Virus record (IMG/VR): IMGVR_UViG_3300030331_006178
Span: 1 to 59,319 of that record
From: a virus
Taxonomy: Duplodnaviria > Caudoviricetes
Reading direction: 5' to 3' (one strand)
DNA length: 59,319 nucleotides
The notes under the pieces were generated by a model, which searched no databases, was not told where the DNA came from, and saw nothing but the letters and a program-made list of their open reading frames with translations. Each line of letters starts with the position of its first letter. Position 1 is the first letter of the stretch. This document shows positions 57,869 through 59,319 of this stretch, piece after piece. Position numbers and translations under genes: made by a program.

Positions 57869-58791
57869 GAAACAAAAAAAATATATTAACAGAAGTTCTT
57901 GGCTCATCTTATTCATCCAAAGATGAGCTTTTGTTTAACTGCCCTTTTTGTAAACACCACAAGAAGAAACTATCAATCAATGTGGATAAAGGTTTTTTCA
58001 AGTGCTGGGTTTGCGATACAAAAGGTGGTATCTCCTATCTTATCAAGCGGTTTGGGTCTATTGATGACCGACACGATTGGGCTTTACTGGACCAAGAAGT
58101 AGACTTTTCTACTATGGACCTTATCTTTAACCAGCCTGAAGAAAAGCTGCCCCCTGTAAAACTACCAGCAGAATACATGTGCCTAGCAAAGAAGGGTCTA
58201 CCTCCGGCTGCAAAGGATGCGATATCTTATCTTTGGTCAAGAGGAATTGGACACAAAGACATCCTATATTATAAAATAGGTTTTTGCTTGACAGGTAAGT
58301 ATAAAAAGCGTATAATAATACCGTCTTTTGATGAAGAAGGAAACTGTAACTATTTTACAGCCCGTTCTTATTCTGGTGATTGGTTATCTTATAAGAACCC
58401 ACCGGCATCAAAAAATATTATTTTTAACGATCTTCTTATTGATTGGAACAAACCGATAACTCTTGTCGAAGGTCCGTTTGACTCTATCAAAATGAGCAAC
58501 TCTATTCCTATATTGGGTTCGACCCTGAAAGAAACAACAAAGCTATTCAAGAAGATTGCTGAAAAACAAACAAAAGTTTTTATTGGTTTAGACGAGGACG
58601 CACTATCAAAATCAATGAAGATTATATCTCTTCTATTAGAATACGGGTTAGATGTTTACAAGATAAATACATCCGAGATAGAAGACATTGGATCGATCAC
58701 AAAAACAGAAGCAGAAGATCTTAAACTAGACGCATCCCAAATCAATCTAGAAAGTATTTTTAATATTTATTGGAGTATGAATGAGCTATAA
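57865..58791 (+). CDS. DNA primase (DnaG / T4 gp61-like)
   Basis: Zn finger CPFC...CWVC, RIIIP, YFTAR, YKNP, and the TOPRIM motifs VEGPFD and GLDED. Confidence 0.88.
   Translation: MRNKKNILTEVLGSSYSSKDELLFNCPFCKHHKKKLSINVDKGFFKCWVCDTKGGISYLIKRFGSIDDRHDWALLDQEVDFSTMDLIFNQPEEKLPPVKLPAEYMCLAKKGLPPAAKDAISYLWSRGIGHKDILYYKIGFCLTGKYKKRIIIPSFDEEGNCNYFTARSYSGDWLSYKNPPASKNIIFNDLLIDWNKPITLVEGPFDSIKMSNSIPILGSTLKETTKLFKKIAEKQTKVFIGLDEDALSKSMKIISLLLEYGLDVYKINTSEIEDIGSITKTEAEDLKLDASQINLESIFNIYWSMNEL
58288..58316 (+). promoter_or_regulatory. Perfect sigma70 consensus promoter inside the primase gene
   Basis: TTGACA (58288-58293), a 17-nt spacer, TATAAT (58311-58316), and an A/T-rich upstream tract. Confidence 0.6.
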
Positions 58792-59319
58792 AATCGCCCA
58801 TATTGCAGATACACACATAAAAAATTTAAAATATCATACAGAATACCGTGAGGTTTTTTCTAATCTTTATAAGAAGTTAGAAGAAGAAAAGGTGGATTAT
58901 ATCATCCACTGTGGAGACATTGCACACTCCAAAACAAACATCTCTCCCGAGTTCGTAAAGATGTGCTCAGAATTCCTAAGTGGGTTAAATTCTATTGCAC
59001 CGACCTATATAATACTTGGAAACCATGACGGCAACTTGAAAAATAGTAGCCGAGAAGATGCTATTACTCCAATAGTTGAAGCTTTGGATCTTCCAAACCT
59101 CTTCTTATTGAAGAATAGCGGAGAGGTAAAAATAAATGAAGAAATATGTCTCAACGTTCTTAGCGTATTTGATAGCGATAATTGGAGAGATCCTACCGAC
59201 TATAATGTTATTAACATTGGTTTGTATCACGGGTCTATATCAAATTGTCGCACAGATGTCGGCTGGACAATGCAGCACGGAGAAAACGAGATATCGATCT
59301 TTGACGAATTCGACTACGC
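58781..59319 (+). CDS. Metallophosphoesterase, SbcD/Mre11/T4 gp47-like recombination nuclease (3' truncated; absent from the ORF track)
   Basis: Manual translation gives MSYKIAHIADTH...HCGDIAH...ILGNHD...LYHG, open to the window end. GGAG RBS upstream. Confidence 0.85.
   Translation, partial: MSYKIAHIADTHIKNLKYHTEYREVFSNLYKKLEEEKVDYIIHCGDIAHSKTNISPEFVKMCSEFLSGLNSIAPTYIILGNHDGNLKNSSREDAITPIVEALDLPNLFLLKNSGEVKINEEICLNVLSVFDSDNWRDPTDYNVINIGLYHGSISNCRTDVGWTMQHGENEISIFDEFDY

Noticed and set aside
1-59319. CRISPR arrays, tRNAs, rRNAs, introns/inteins and transposases
   Set aside because: Intergenic gaps are all under ~80 nt and I saw no repeat-spacer pattern, cloverleaf, intein or transposase motifs. 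Dedicated scans were not run.

Overview
The window reads as part of a large, AT-rich, tailed dsDNA phage genome (jumbo myovirus-like). Nearly all real genes lie on the + strand, tightly packed, often with ATGA/TAATG overlaps and AGGAG-type ribosome binding sites. Four modules are visible. (1) A truncated Cas4/RecB-like nuclease (2-472). (2) A ~22 kb cluster of 25 genes (480-22515), mostly glycosyltransferases and nucleotide-sugar enzymes: two GT4s, a two-domain GT, GT-D, GT11 and CgeB-like GTs, WecB, Ugd, a GME-like epimerase, RmlB/RmlC, a GMD/DmhA-like dehydratase, a split transketolase, HldE-type kinase and nucleotidyltransferase, a B12 radical SAM, formyl-, acetyl- and aminotransferases, and NadE. 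I see no flippase, polymerase or priming transferase. (3) A small cassette containing a T4 gp55-like late sigma factor, followed by a ~33 kb tail/baseplate module: a hub-like protein with a MepA-type murein endopeptidase, a spike, gp25, gp6, a 3106-aa LamG-containing wedge-like protein and tail-collar-like proteins. (4) RuvC, a YkuK RNase H-like protein, primase and a truncated SbcD/gp47-like nuclease. The leading hypothesis is a phage-encoded, cytoplasmic virion-glycosylation system making unusual sugars. A [S/T]-[G/A]-[S/T] tripeptide strongly enriched in a subset of the structural proteins is a candidate acceptor sequon. All product calls come from recognising motifs by eye, and all counts are manual. 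No database searches were run.
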